A stretch of 64,000 nt of DNA, taken from Flavobacteriales bacterium (GTDB lineage: Bacteria; Bacteroidota; Bacteroidia; Flavobacteriales_D; Sanyastnellaceae). This document shows, piece by piece, positions 9,683 through 18,142 of this stretch. Each line of letters starts with the position of its first letter. Within the stretch, counting starts at the first letter, position 1. Location of the stretch: positions 3,497 to 67,496 of the forward strand of contig JAQWFN010000007.1 in the NCBI GenBank assembly GCA_029238785.1, given 5' to 3'. The notes beneath the pieces were generated by a model. It was given only the letters and a program-made list of their open reading frames with translations. It was not told the origin of the DNA and ran no database searches. Both the position numbers and the translations under genes were made by a program.

Positions 9683-10441
9683 TTGGAACCTTTGGAGCAA
9701 ATAATTGACAACTTTTCACCCATCAGCCTGGAAGAGATGGATGCAACACGACTCATGAACCGCACGGATACGAAATACGTGCTAACAAGAGACGAGCTGC
9801 TATTGCTATTGCCTAAACTGAAGGACGACTATAAGATGCTTGAGGTGGATGGAACTCGACTCTCCCATTACACAACTCAATATTACGATAGACCCGATTT
9901 TGAATTCTACCACCTCCATCAACGAGGGAAAAAGAATCGAGTGAAGATTAGAATGCGGAAATATGTCGACTCCGACCTCACCTTCCTTGAAATCAAACAC
10001 AAAAACAACAAGGGACGAACCATTAAATTTCGAAAGAGGATCAACGACCTTTCGAGCGAATTGAGCGAAGAAGACAAGAAGTATGTTGAAGAAATGTCTG
10101 GCCTCAGCGGTATTCTGGAATCTAAATTGAGCAACTCCTTTGACCGAATCACTTTGGTTCATAAAGAGCATGCCGAACGATTAACTTTCGACCTTAACCT
10201 TAGTTTCGACAAAGAAGGTGTGCATCACCAGATGGAAGCACTGGTTATCGCCGAATTGAAACAAGAAAATTACAATAGACAAACCCTTTTTGCCAAAATC
10301 CTCAAAGGGAAACTCATTCGTCCAGAACGCGTAAGTAAATACTGTCTAGGTGTTGCCCTCCTTGAAGAAGACATCAAAAAAAACGAAATCAAAGCCAAAC
10401 TCCGGAAAATCAATACCCTGGAAAACAACAATAAAGCATGA
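9683..10441 (+). CDS. VTC-domain (polyphosphate-polymerase-like, triphosphate-tunnel fold) protein
   Basis: 252 aa with alternating charged strands NRTDTKYVL, TFLEIKHKNNKGRTIKFRKR and LVIAELKQE, typical of CYTH/TTM tunnels. The track start is TTG at 9683; the first ATG is at 9737, so the start is uncertain. Confidence 0.75.
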   Translation: MEPLEQIIDNFSPISLEEMDATRLMNRTDTKYVLTRDELLLLLPKLKDDYKMLEVDGTRLSHYTTQYYDRPDFEFYHLHQRGKKNRVKIRMRKYVDSDLTFLEIKHKNNKGRTIKFRKRINDLSSELSEEDKKYVEEMSGLSGILESKLSNSFDRITLVHKEHAERLTFDLNLSFDKEGVHHQMEALVIAELKQENYNRQTLFAKILKGKLIRPERVSKYCLGVALLEEDIKKNEIKAKLRKINTLENNNKA

Positions 10442-11322
10442 AAGCCAACTCATTCATAAAACACCTTTTTTTCGGCCTGTTTTTGGGCTGCTTCGTTTTA
10501 ACGAATACAAGTACAGCGCAAGATAGTGAGGCACTGAATCAAGAAGCTACTTCCTTCGTGAACGAAATCGATTTAGTACAATTTGCCGAGCTCATTCAGC
10601 AAAGCGACAATGGTGACGAAGACAGCAGCTCCGCAGACGAAAACCAGGACGAAGCAGATGAAAAAGACAAAGACGATCGCTTTCTGGGAATGGAGTTCCT
10701 CGATTATGAAGCCACGCTCAAACTCCTCTTCAGGCTGGTGTTTAACTTTGGCTTTGTGTTCATCTTAGTGCGATTGATTTATTACCCGAGCGCCAAGAGG
10801 AAAGACTTCCTGTTTACTTACATGCTGATTTCTTTGAGCATCTTCTTGCTGTGTTTTATGCTCGAAAACGTGAAGTTGGACTTGGCATTTGCACTCGGAC
10901 TTTTTGCGATTTTTGGAATCATTCGCTACCGAACAGACCCTATTCCTATTAAAGAAATGACCTATTTGTTCATCGTGATTGCTATTAGTGTCATGAATGC
11001 CCTGGTGAATAAAAAGATCTCTTACTTAGAATTGGTAGTAGCTAACCTTGCGATTATTGGAATTACTTACGGACTTGAAAAAGTATGGCTACTTCGTCAT
11101 GAATCCTTTAAAATTGTTCTTTACGAAAACATCGAGCTCATTAAATCTGGTCAGCGCGAGGCTTTAGAAAAAGACTTAGAAGAACGCACTGGAATTAAAA
11201 TCAACCGCGTTGAAATTGGTCGTATTGACTTTTTAAGAGATACGGCATTGCTTCGAATCTACTTTTACGAAGACGATCAGTTATCTCATTATGAAGAGAG
11301 TGGCGGTGGCGGTGGCGATTAA
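10438..11322 (+). CDS. DUF4956-like multi-pass membrane protein, partner of the VTC-domain protein
   Basis: 294 aa. Its start overlaps the upstream stop (ATGA at 10438-10441). It has a signal-like N-terminus, an acidic tract (DNGDEDSSSADENQDEADEKDKDD), four to five hydrophobic helices and a soluble tail ending in GGGGGD. Confidence 0.7.
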   Translation: MKANSFIKHLFFGLFLGCFVLTNTSTAQDSEALNQEATSFVNEIDLVQFAELIQQSDNGDEDSSSADENQDEADEKDKDDRFLGMEFLDYEATLKLLFRLVFNFGFVFILVRLIYYPSAKRKDFLFTYMLISLSIFLLCFMLENVKLDLAFALGLFAIFGIIRYRTDPIPIKEMTYLFIVIAISVMNALVNKKISYLELVVANLAIIGITYGLEKVWLLRHESFKIVLYENIELIKSGQREALEKDLEERTGIKINRVEIGRIDFLRDTALLRIYFYEDDQLSHYEESGGGGGD

Positions 11323-11840
11323 GCCTTGTAAACGAGTGCTACGCAATGAGCACTAACACCGTCTTCAGCACCCACGAAGCCCAGCTTTTCTGTTGTGGTG
11401 GCCTTTATAGACACTTGGTCTAGAGCTACCTCCATAACGGCTGCGATAACTTCTTGCATTTGAGGAATGATGGGCTTGATTTTTGGTCGCTCCAAGCACA
11501 CGGTAACATCAATATTACCAATCTCATAGCCGCACTTGCGAACAATGGTTACTGTATCTTTTAAGAGTAGTTTACTGTCAACACCTTTGTATTTTGGATC
11601 GGTATCCGGAAAGTGAAAACCAATGTCTCTTTGGTTGCAAGCACCAAGCAGCGCGTCGCAAATCACGTGCAATAAAACATCGGCATCAGAATGACCTACA
11701 GCTCCTTTTTCATGCGGCACAAGTATGCCCCCGAGCCAAAACTCTTCTCCTACGGCCAACTGATGGACGTCATAACCGTAACCTATACGAAATGGAATGG
11801 GTGAATTATCCTTCACTTCTTGACTTTGATAGTTCGTCAA
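11319..11840 (-). CDS. ispF: 2-C-methyl-D-erythritol 2,4-cyclodiphosphate synthase
   Basis: Motifs FRIGYGYDVHQL and GHSDADVLLH are present. The start is uncertain: the track start overlaps the porV stop by 35 nt, and a GTG at 11816 is an alternative. Confidence 0.9.
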   Translation of the reverse strand: MTNYQSQEVKDNSPIPFRIGYGYDVHQLAVGEEFWLGGILVPHEKGAVGHSDADVLLHVICDALLGACNQRDIGFHFPDTDPKYKGVDSKLLLKDTVTIVRKCGYEIGNIDVTVCLERPKIKPIIPQMQEVIAAVMEVALDQVSIKATTTEKLGFVGAEDGVSAHCVALVYKA

Positions 11841-13044
11841 ACTCCAGGCGAAGTGTAAATCTCAATGTGTTCGCAAGTGGGTTGTTTTGACGGGTCGAAA
11901 TGAGGTAAGACATGTCAATCGCTAACACAGAATATTTCAAGCCAGCACCAAGGGTGATGAACTGACGGTCTCCTTTTGAGAAGTGCTCATAAAAATACCC
12001 TGTACGGAAGGCAAACTGATTATCATACCAATACTCCAAACCACCACCAAGGTTAATCTCTCTCAATTCCTCACGGAAAACACTTCCTTGTTCTACCTCA
12101 ACATTTCCGAATTCGTCGATAAGCACATTACCTGGAGCATCGAAAAACGACTGATACATCGCTGTAGCCGTACCCACATCTGGATCCATACCTGCGATGA
12201 TCTCGCCAGATTCTTGATCGTATCTAGCTGGTGTTGGCACCAAGAGTTTATTTGCATCAAAAGTGATGGTCAGTGAGTTGTAATCATCCAACTCCATTTG
12301 AAGTGCCGTTCCAATTCGAAGGTTAGCTGGAATAAAATCTCGGTCTTGAGTATCGGTGTAGCTCATTTTCGCCCCGATGTTTGAGATATTCACCCCCCAG
12401 TTCCAAGTTGCATCTTTACCACCAACTTTTACATCGTCATTGGTATAGAAAGCAGAAACATCTACTGCAACACTTCGTCCTGGTTTGGTATTGGCTCCAT
12501 TGGTATTCAAACCTCCAGTGAGGTTCGAGTTGATGAAACGAGCTCCAATACCTCCACTAAATCGTTCACTCAATTTCTGAGAGAAGGCCACATCCAAACT
12601 AAATTCTGCTGGTTTGAAGGTTCTAAGTGCTGTTCCCGCTTCATCAGTAAATGCAATTTCACCCAAAGAGAAATAACGCAAAGCCGCACCAACCGCCTGA
12701 TTTTTATTTAAAACACGATACCCCGCCAAATAGGCCAAGTTCATATCATCTACCAATTGTCTCAACCAAGGGCTGTATGACAAAGAAACTTCAAATTCAT
12801 TCTTACTGAAAGCCATTTTCGCTGCATTCCAGTGAATACTTGCAGCATCAGGAGACAAAGCCACTCCCGCATCTCCCAAAGCACCTGCTCTTGAATCTGG
12901 AGCAATGAGTAGGAAAGGAACAGCAGTTGTAATGGTGTTCAACTGAATATTATCAGCTCGCTCCGTAACAGGATTGATTTGTGCCGATAATTGGTTAATA
13001 CTAAGCATTGTCACCAATGACAATACGAGCGTTCTTAAAGACAT
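11806..13044 (-). CDS. porV: Type IX secretion outer-membrane protein PorV (LptO)
   Basis: 412 aa with a signal peptide ending in SAQ and the PorV signature region APDSRAGALGDAGVALSPDAASIHWNAAKMAF. It lies immediately downstream of porU. Confidence 0.85.
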   Translation of the reverse strand: MSLRTLVLSLVTMLSINQLSAQINPVTERADNIQLNTITTAVPFLLIAPDSRAGALGDAGVALSPDAASIHWNAAKMAFSKNEFEVSLSYSPWLRQLVDDMNLAYLAGYRVLNKNQAVGAALRYFSLGEIAFTDEAGTALRTFKPAEFSLDVAFSQKLSERFSGGIGARFINSNLTGGLNTNGANTKPGRSVAVDVSAFYTNDDVKVGGKDATWNWGVNISNIGAKMSYTDTQDRDFIPANLRIGTALQMELDDYNSLTITFDANKLLVPTPARYDQESGEIIAGMDPDVGTATAMYQSFFDAPGNVLIDEFGNVEVEQGSVFREELREINLGGGLEYWYDNQFAFRTGYFYEHFSKGDRQFITLGAGLKYSVLAIDMSYLISTRQNNPLANTLRFTLRLEFDELSKSRSEG

Positions 13045-13098
13045 CGCTTTGGTTTTATAATAGTGTGCAAATATACGTATAATCTAGTGAAAGGTTTT

Positions 13099-16000
13099 CT
13101 AGCGAAGAATGACTAATCGTTCAAAATGTTCTGCCGATAGTCCGTCAGGCGTAATCACTTTCACCCGGTAAACGTAAACTCCTCGTCCAATATTATCACC
13201 GAAATCATCTTTCCCATCCCAAGAAATACCTTGACTCCTAAAACCTTCTGTTAAAACATTCTCCCTGATGGTTTTCACTAACTTACCACTAATCGTGTAC
13301 ACTTGCACCTCAACATCCAAATTATTACATGCTTGATTGTGCTCAAAGTAAAAATCGGTGTGCGTGGTGAATGGATTCGGGTAGTTCAATACATGTGTTA
13401 AGGCGAGTTCTGATGACGAGGCCACCACAAACTCAGTATTGGCCTCAGACGAATTGTTGTGCACATCCCAAACACGCAAGTTCAAGGTATGCACCCCTTC
13501 TGACAATTCCTGCAGCTGATAGCGTACTTCACCAGATTGGTAGGTGTCTAAATCCGACTCGTACGAATCGTTCAGAATAATTGGATCGTTGCTGTTCCCA
13601 TCGATTACTGCGCGCAAATCATGGCCAATACCATTCCCTACCGTATTGATTCCGTTTTCGTCAAAAAGGCGAGCGAAAATAAACGGACTCTCATCAGTTG
13701 TACCTCCAAAGACGAAGGTGGAGTCGTTCATGAAGAGTTTAATTTCCGGACCAACTGTGTTCAGCTCAGCGCCTTCAACAGCACCTCCAATCTCAAAGTC
13801 TTCAGTATGTCCGTGCGCATCATTATCCCCATCAACCGCGTAATAACTGATACGGCCAGAACCAAAATCGAAGGCGATATCTCTCGGCACAACAAATCGG
13901 AATTCAAATTCACCATTCACCACACTCGCCTTACCTCTGTAGATCAAATTCTTAAAAACATCATAACTGTAATCATTGGCCGCGCCGTCGTTATTCAAGG
14001 TAAGCACCGTACTTCTTTTATCGAAAACGCTCGGGTAAATAAAACCATTGAAATCATTCAAAACATTCCCTTGAGCATCGCTAACAAAACCACCTACACT
14101 CACCTCTTGAAGCGAATTAATTACTTGAGGATTATTTGGGTCGATGATTTCCCCGTTAATGGCTGTTGTTTGAACATGCAATTTCGGATAGCTCATTCGC
14201 AGCGCTACATCTCCCAAAAGGCTGAAGTTTCTTTTATTGGATGATGGCGAAACAGCGTTCTTAGTGAGTTGCATGATCTTACCGATGGTCAAATTTTCAA
14301 TACCTTCTTCATCCAAAGCCACATCAAAAAATGCTGAGTTCAGAAACTGGTTCTGCAAACTGGTAACGATTCGTGTGGTGGTTAACATGGCAATTGCTCC
14401 CCCGTTCTCATTCATGATAATCAACTCGCCAGCAGACCTAAACTCTGGATCATCATAGCGAGCAAGCTCACATGTAGCGGTAACGAACAAAGGCAATCTA
14501 TTGATGTTGGTCCATTTTTGAATCGTTGTTAAATCGAGGATTCTTTCATGAGCAAAACCGCGCTCGCCACCATGACCAACATAATTTAAAATCAAAGCGC
14601 CATCTTGAACACGACGCTCAATAGCCGCAGCCCCCTCCGGATAGCGCTCACCACCTGGAGTTGATTCTTGTTGATAAGCGTCCATGTAGAGCTTCACCAC
14701 ATCATAATCGTTATGATTAGTGTAAACTTGATTGGCCAGTGAGTTGCTGTTCGACATGTGAATGCTCTCAGAAGGACCACCATTTCCATCGCGATCATCA
14801 GAAACAAAAGCAATGGTATTCCTCCAAGCGCCGTATGGAGAATTTGTTCCATCACCCAAACAAAAAGCACCACCATCACTAGTTGTATTTGAAGCCAAAT
14901 AAACCTTCACCTTATTCACATAACCCAGGGCTTCAGACAAGGTGGCCGCAGGAATCCTTCCCACCCCAATTTGAACAACTTCACCCAAGGCGTCTCCAGC
15001 GTCATCAGCCAAGAAACCGAAATAATCATCGCTGATATAACTTCCAATTGGAGCAATGGAATTGAGACTCTGATAGGTAATTACCAAGCCACTTTCGTCT
15101 GCAATGTGCTTGTTGTCAAAGCTTCCATCTCCAACAATCTGCAAGTATTTCGGTTGAAGTGCTTCATCGCCATCGGCTTTGTCGTAAAGCATTTTCATAA
15201 ACATCCTGATGGCCGTAACATCATCATTTCCCGAACTAAATTCATTGTAAACCTGACGCGGCGTAACGATTTCAATGACGAGCCCTTCAGCACTATGAAT
15301 GGCTTTCAACTCCTCTGCTGCAGGAATCATTTGACTTGGACAAACGATCACCATGTCTAAGGCCCCGATGCCGTGTAAGTTTTGATTTTCAAGCCTACCG
15401 TTTGGCACAGCCTCAAGGTAGTTGAAATCGGAAAAAGCCATAAACTCTTTCAAACCATCATTGATGTAATTGAAACTGCGCAGGTTGTTTCCTTCCGATT
15501 GAAAAGGAACGCTTTGAATATTGCTCGGATCGCTCACATCCCAAACCTGAAAAAGTTGATTTGCTCCGTCAATAAGGTATTGTGCCGCTCCTCCATTATT
15601 CAGCGCTTCGATAGATCTAAAAGCCAATTGAGCTCCCGTCATACTCAACTCTCTCTTTGCGTTGAATCGAATGTAATCTAACCAACCTTCAGCACTTGGT
15701 TCTCCTTTGTTGAAGGTTAAGGTTGCCGTTAAAGAGTTGGCTGAGCTAGGAATGAAATCCGCATTTCCTTCTGCAATATTGGCGATATTAGCGATAGCGC
15801 TAGTACCCGTGCCTTGAACAACAATATCGAAATCAGTATCTCCAACACTCACTTCAAAATCACTGTTTGCACCAATTGATCTTGCAGCTACTGCAATTTC
15901 AACATGAGCTGTTTCATTGAGCAAGTTGGGCAATGGAATCGTAAAAGGAATGGTGAGTGGGTCAAGGTCAAAACGTTGTCCAAAAAATCGTCGCCCTGTT

Positions 16001-16974
16001 TTGGCTAAACTCACTTCGTCGTTTTCAATAAGGGCACGATCATCGAAAGAAACGATTTGATAATCGCTAGAAGCTGGAGTGCTTGCTTGGGCAATTCGCT
16101 TTGGCGCATCGTCATCAACACGAAGAAAATAGTAGGCTGAATCAGAGTAGTGATGGTTCAAATGCTCAAAACGTTCTACATCGCTATTATAAGTCCAAGA
16201 ATCCGCCCCCTCTCCATAAAAAAGAATGTAATCGTTGGAGTCAAAACTACCATCCTGTTCACCCGCAACAAAAATGGCATTGCGCACTAAATCATCTTCT
16301 CTTTCCTCACTATTATCGAAAGGTAGCATTTTACCACCATTGCCATAAATATTGATTTGTTGAGGATTCACTGCATTGGGATCAATACCAAGAGATTGGA
16401 GAAAGGCTCGGTCTAAGCGATAAACCCCATCTCTGCTGATGCCAATTTTATACCATTCACCTTCGTCTAGCACAGAATTAGCCTCCCAATCGATCATTCT
16501 TTGAGCCTGCATCTGCACTCTTTCTAGGCTTGCGCTTGCTCCAATTAGTCTTTCAAAATTCCCTTCCTCATTCTTCCGAATCGCATTTCCACTTAGATTT
16601 AAGATTGTTTTGCCTTCCACGAATCGAGCAATTATTTTCTCTTCAAAAGAAGTGCTTGCAAGTTGTTGCTGTCGAGGTGTTAAATCAGACTCAAGCACAA
16701 GCTCAACGAGGGGGATGAATTCGACTAGTTCTGCTCCCGTTTTTGTTCGTTCTAAAACCACATTGTGGTGCCATTTCGGAAGTTCATCCGACCAGTCTGC
16801 ACCTTCGAAGCCCATATTTCCCACAGGAATTTCAAAAGACTCCTTATCCTCACCCCAGGCGATGGAAAAACTTATTTCTTCGGTGTTTTGGCCTATTCCA
16901 GAGAGTGCCAAAAGGACAAAAAATGTAATTATGAATGAGGTTTTGCGCATGTCTTTGATTAATGTGCTTTGCAT
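13099..16974 (-). CDS. porU: Type IX secretion C-terminal signal peptidase/sortase PorU (C25-like)
   Basis: 1291 aa with a signal peptide, a gingipain-like central region and a T9SS-type C-terminal beta-sandwich (...GVYVYRVKVITPDGLSAEHFERLVILR). It is adjacent to porV. Confidence 0.85.
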   Translation of the reverse strand: MQSTLIKDMRKTSFIITFFVLLALSGIGQNTEEISFSIAWGEDKESFEIPVGNMGFEGADWSDELPKWHHNVVLERTKTGAELVEFIPLVELVLESDLTPRQQQLASTSFEEKIIARFVEGKTILNLSGNAIRKNEEGNFERLIGASASLERVQMQAQRMIDWEANSVLDEGEWYKIGISRDGVYRLDRAFLQSLGIDPNAVNPQQINIYGNGGKMLPFDNSEEREDDLVRNAIFVAGEQDGSFDSNDYILFYGEGADSWTYNSDVERFEHLNHHYSDSAYYFLRVDDDAPKRIAQASTPASSDYQIVSFDDRALIENDEVSLAKTGRRFFGQRFDLDPLTIPFTIPLPNLLNETAHVEIAVAARSIGANSDFEVSVGDTDFDIVVQGTGTSAIANIANIAEGNADFIPSSANSLTATLTFNKGEPSAEGWLDYIRFNAKRELSMTGAQLAFRSIEALNNGGAAQYLIDGANQLFQVWDVSDPSNIQSVPFQSEGNNLRSFNYINDGLKEFMAFSDFNYLEAVPNGRLENQNLHGIGALDMVIVCPSQMIPAAEELKAIHSAEGLVIEIVTPRQVYNEFSSGNDDVTAIRMFMKMLYDKADGDEALQPKYLQIVGDGSFDNKHIADESGLVITYQSLNSIAPIGSYISDDYFGFLADDAGDALGEVVQIGVGRIPAATLSEALGYVNKVKVYLASNTTSDGGAFCLGDGTNSPYGAWRNTIAFVSDDRDGNGGPSESIHMSNSNSLANQVYTNHNDYDVVKLYMDAYQQESTPGGERYPEGAAAIERRVQDGALILNYVGHGGERGFAHERILDLTTIQKWTNINRLPLFVTATCELARYDDPEFRSAGELIIMNENGGAIAMLTTTRIVTSLQNQFLNSAFFDVALDEEGIENLTIGKIMQLTKNAVSPSSNKRNFSLLGDVALRMSYPKLHVQTTAINGEIIDPNNPQVINSLQEVSVGGFVSDAQGNVLNDFNGFIYPSVFDKRSTVLTLNNDGAANDYSYDVFKNLIYRGKASVVNGEFEFRFVVPRDIAFDFGSGRISYYAVDGDNDAHGHTEDFEIGGAVEGAELNTVGPEIKLFMNDSTFVFGGTTDESPFIFARLFDENGINTVGNGIGHDLRAVIDGNSNDPIILNDSYESDLDTYQSGEVRYQLQELSEGVHTLNLRVWDVHNNSSEANTEFVVASSSELALTHVLNYPNPFTTHTDFYFEHNQACNNLDVEVQVYTISGKLVKTIRENVLTEGFRSQGISWDGKDDFGDNIGRGVYVYRVKVITPDGLSAEHFERLVILR

Positions 16975-17069
16975 GAAGCAACAAAATAAACGAACTTGAA
17001 GTTCTCTTATTGCAGCAAAGATGCGAAAGATGCAGAAATATTTTTCGTAATATTGCTAATTCACGTAGG

Positions 17070-18098
17070 ATGAAGACCAAACCAAAAGTGATGAAGAGAG
17101 TACTTTTATGTACAGGAATTATAGCAATCATGTCTATGCTGCTGCCAAACAGCGCGAAGGCACAAGATGCTGAGTTCACCCAATTTTACGCCAACCCATT
17201 GTACTTGAACCCAGCGTTCGCGGGTACAGCACGTTGCCCAAGATTAGTGATGAACTACCGAAATCAATGGCCTGCCCTGTCAGGATCTTTTGTAACTACA
17301 AGCGCTAGTTACGACCAGCATGTTGAAACCCTCCATGGCGGACTCGGATTGATTGCCGTTCGAGACCAAGCGGGTCAAGGCACGCTAGCCACCACGACTA
17401 TTAGTGGTATTTATTCTTACCAGATGGCCTTAAGCCGCACTTTTTCTTTGAAAGCAGGTTTTCAAGCAACATACATGCAAAAGGCATTGGACTGGAGCAA
17501 GCTTACTTTTGGTGATATGATTGACCCACGTAAAGGGTTTATCTATGAAACACGCGATGTTCGTCGTGGTAACCTTACTGCAGATGGTCGTGGAACTGTT
17601 TCTAATGTCGATTTCAGCGCAGGTCTTCTTGGTTTTTCTGAGAAATTCTACTTTGGTGTTGCTGCGCATCACTTAACAGAACCAAATGAATCATTGGTGG
17701 TTGGAACCAGCCGTCTTCCTATGAAATGGACTGGTCATGCAGGAGCTGTTATTCCTATCGATAGACGCAGTCGTTACAGCGAATCTAGTATCTCTCCAAA
17801 CATTCTTTACAGAAGACAAGGCGAATCTCAGCAACTTAATATGGGACTTTACGTAAACAAAGGACCATTGGTTGGTGGAATATGGTATCGAGGTTTGCTC
17901 TTTGGCGACTACCGCGATGCATTCATCGTAACATTGGGTGTTCAAACCGAAGTGATTCGTTTTGGATACAGCTACGACATCACCGTATCTGAATTGACCC
18001 CTGCAACCGGAGGATCGCACGAGGTTTCAATGGCCATTCAGTTCGACTGTCGACCAAAAAGAAAGAAGTTTAGGACAATATCCTGCCCATCTTTCTAG
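17070..18098 (+). CDS. PorP/SprF-family type IX secretion membrane protein
   Basis: Contains the family hallmark FTQFYANPLYLNPAFAGT after a signal peptide. The track start of 17010 is probably too early; ATGs at 17070 or 17091 precede the signal peptide. Confidence 0.85.
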   Translation: MKTKPKVMKRVLLCTGIIAIMSMLLPNSAKAQDAEFTQFYANPLYLNPAFAGTARCPRLVMNYRNQWPALSGSFVTTSASYDQHVETLHGGLGLIAVRDQAGQGTLATTTISGIYSYQMALSRTFSLKAGFQATYMQKALDWSKLTFGDMIDPRKGFIYETRDVRRGNLTADGRGTVSNVDFSAGLLGFSEKFYFGVAAHHLTEPNESLVVGTSRLPMKWTGHAGAVIPIDRRSRYSESSISPNILYRRQGESQQLNMGLYVNKGPLVGGIWYRGLLFGDYRDAFIVTLGVQTEVIRFGYSYDITVSELTPATGGSHEVSMAIQFDCRPKRKKFRTISCPSF

Positions 18099-18142
18099 TT
18101 ATTTGTTTATTATTTGCAAGGAAATCACATATTTAGGAAATC

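Noticed and set aside
11301-11317. A GGTGGC hexanucleotide repeat at the 3' end of the DUF4956-like gene as a contingency locus.
   Set aside because: There are fewer than three copies. The repeat unit is in frame, so slippage would add or remove Gly-Gly without a frameshift. It is mentioned only as part of the VTC/DUF4956 finding.
13621-14244. Long ORFs antisense to or nested within real genes. Examples are 13621-14244 inside porU, 565-909 and 836-1252 inside the acyl-CoA dehydrogenase gene, 25530-25934 inside the Na/Pi transporter gene, 27933-28463 inside the LTD gene, and 44345-44707 inside tig.
   Set aside because: They lie wholly inside genes with clear family signatures on the other strand or frame. 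Their translations are low-complexity or Ser/Cys/Arg-rich without recognisable motifs, so I treat them as shadow ORFs.
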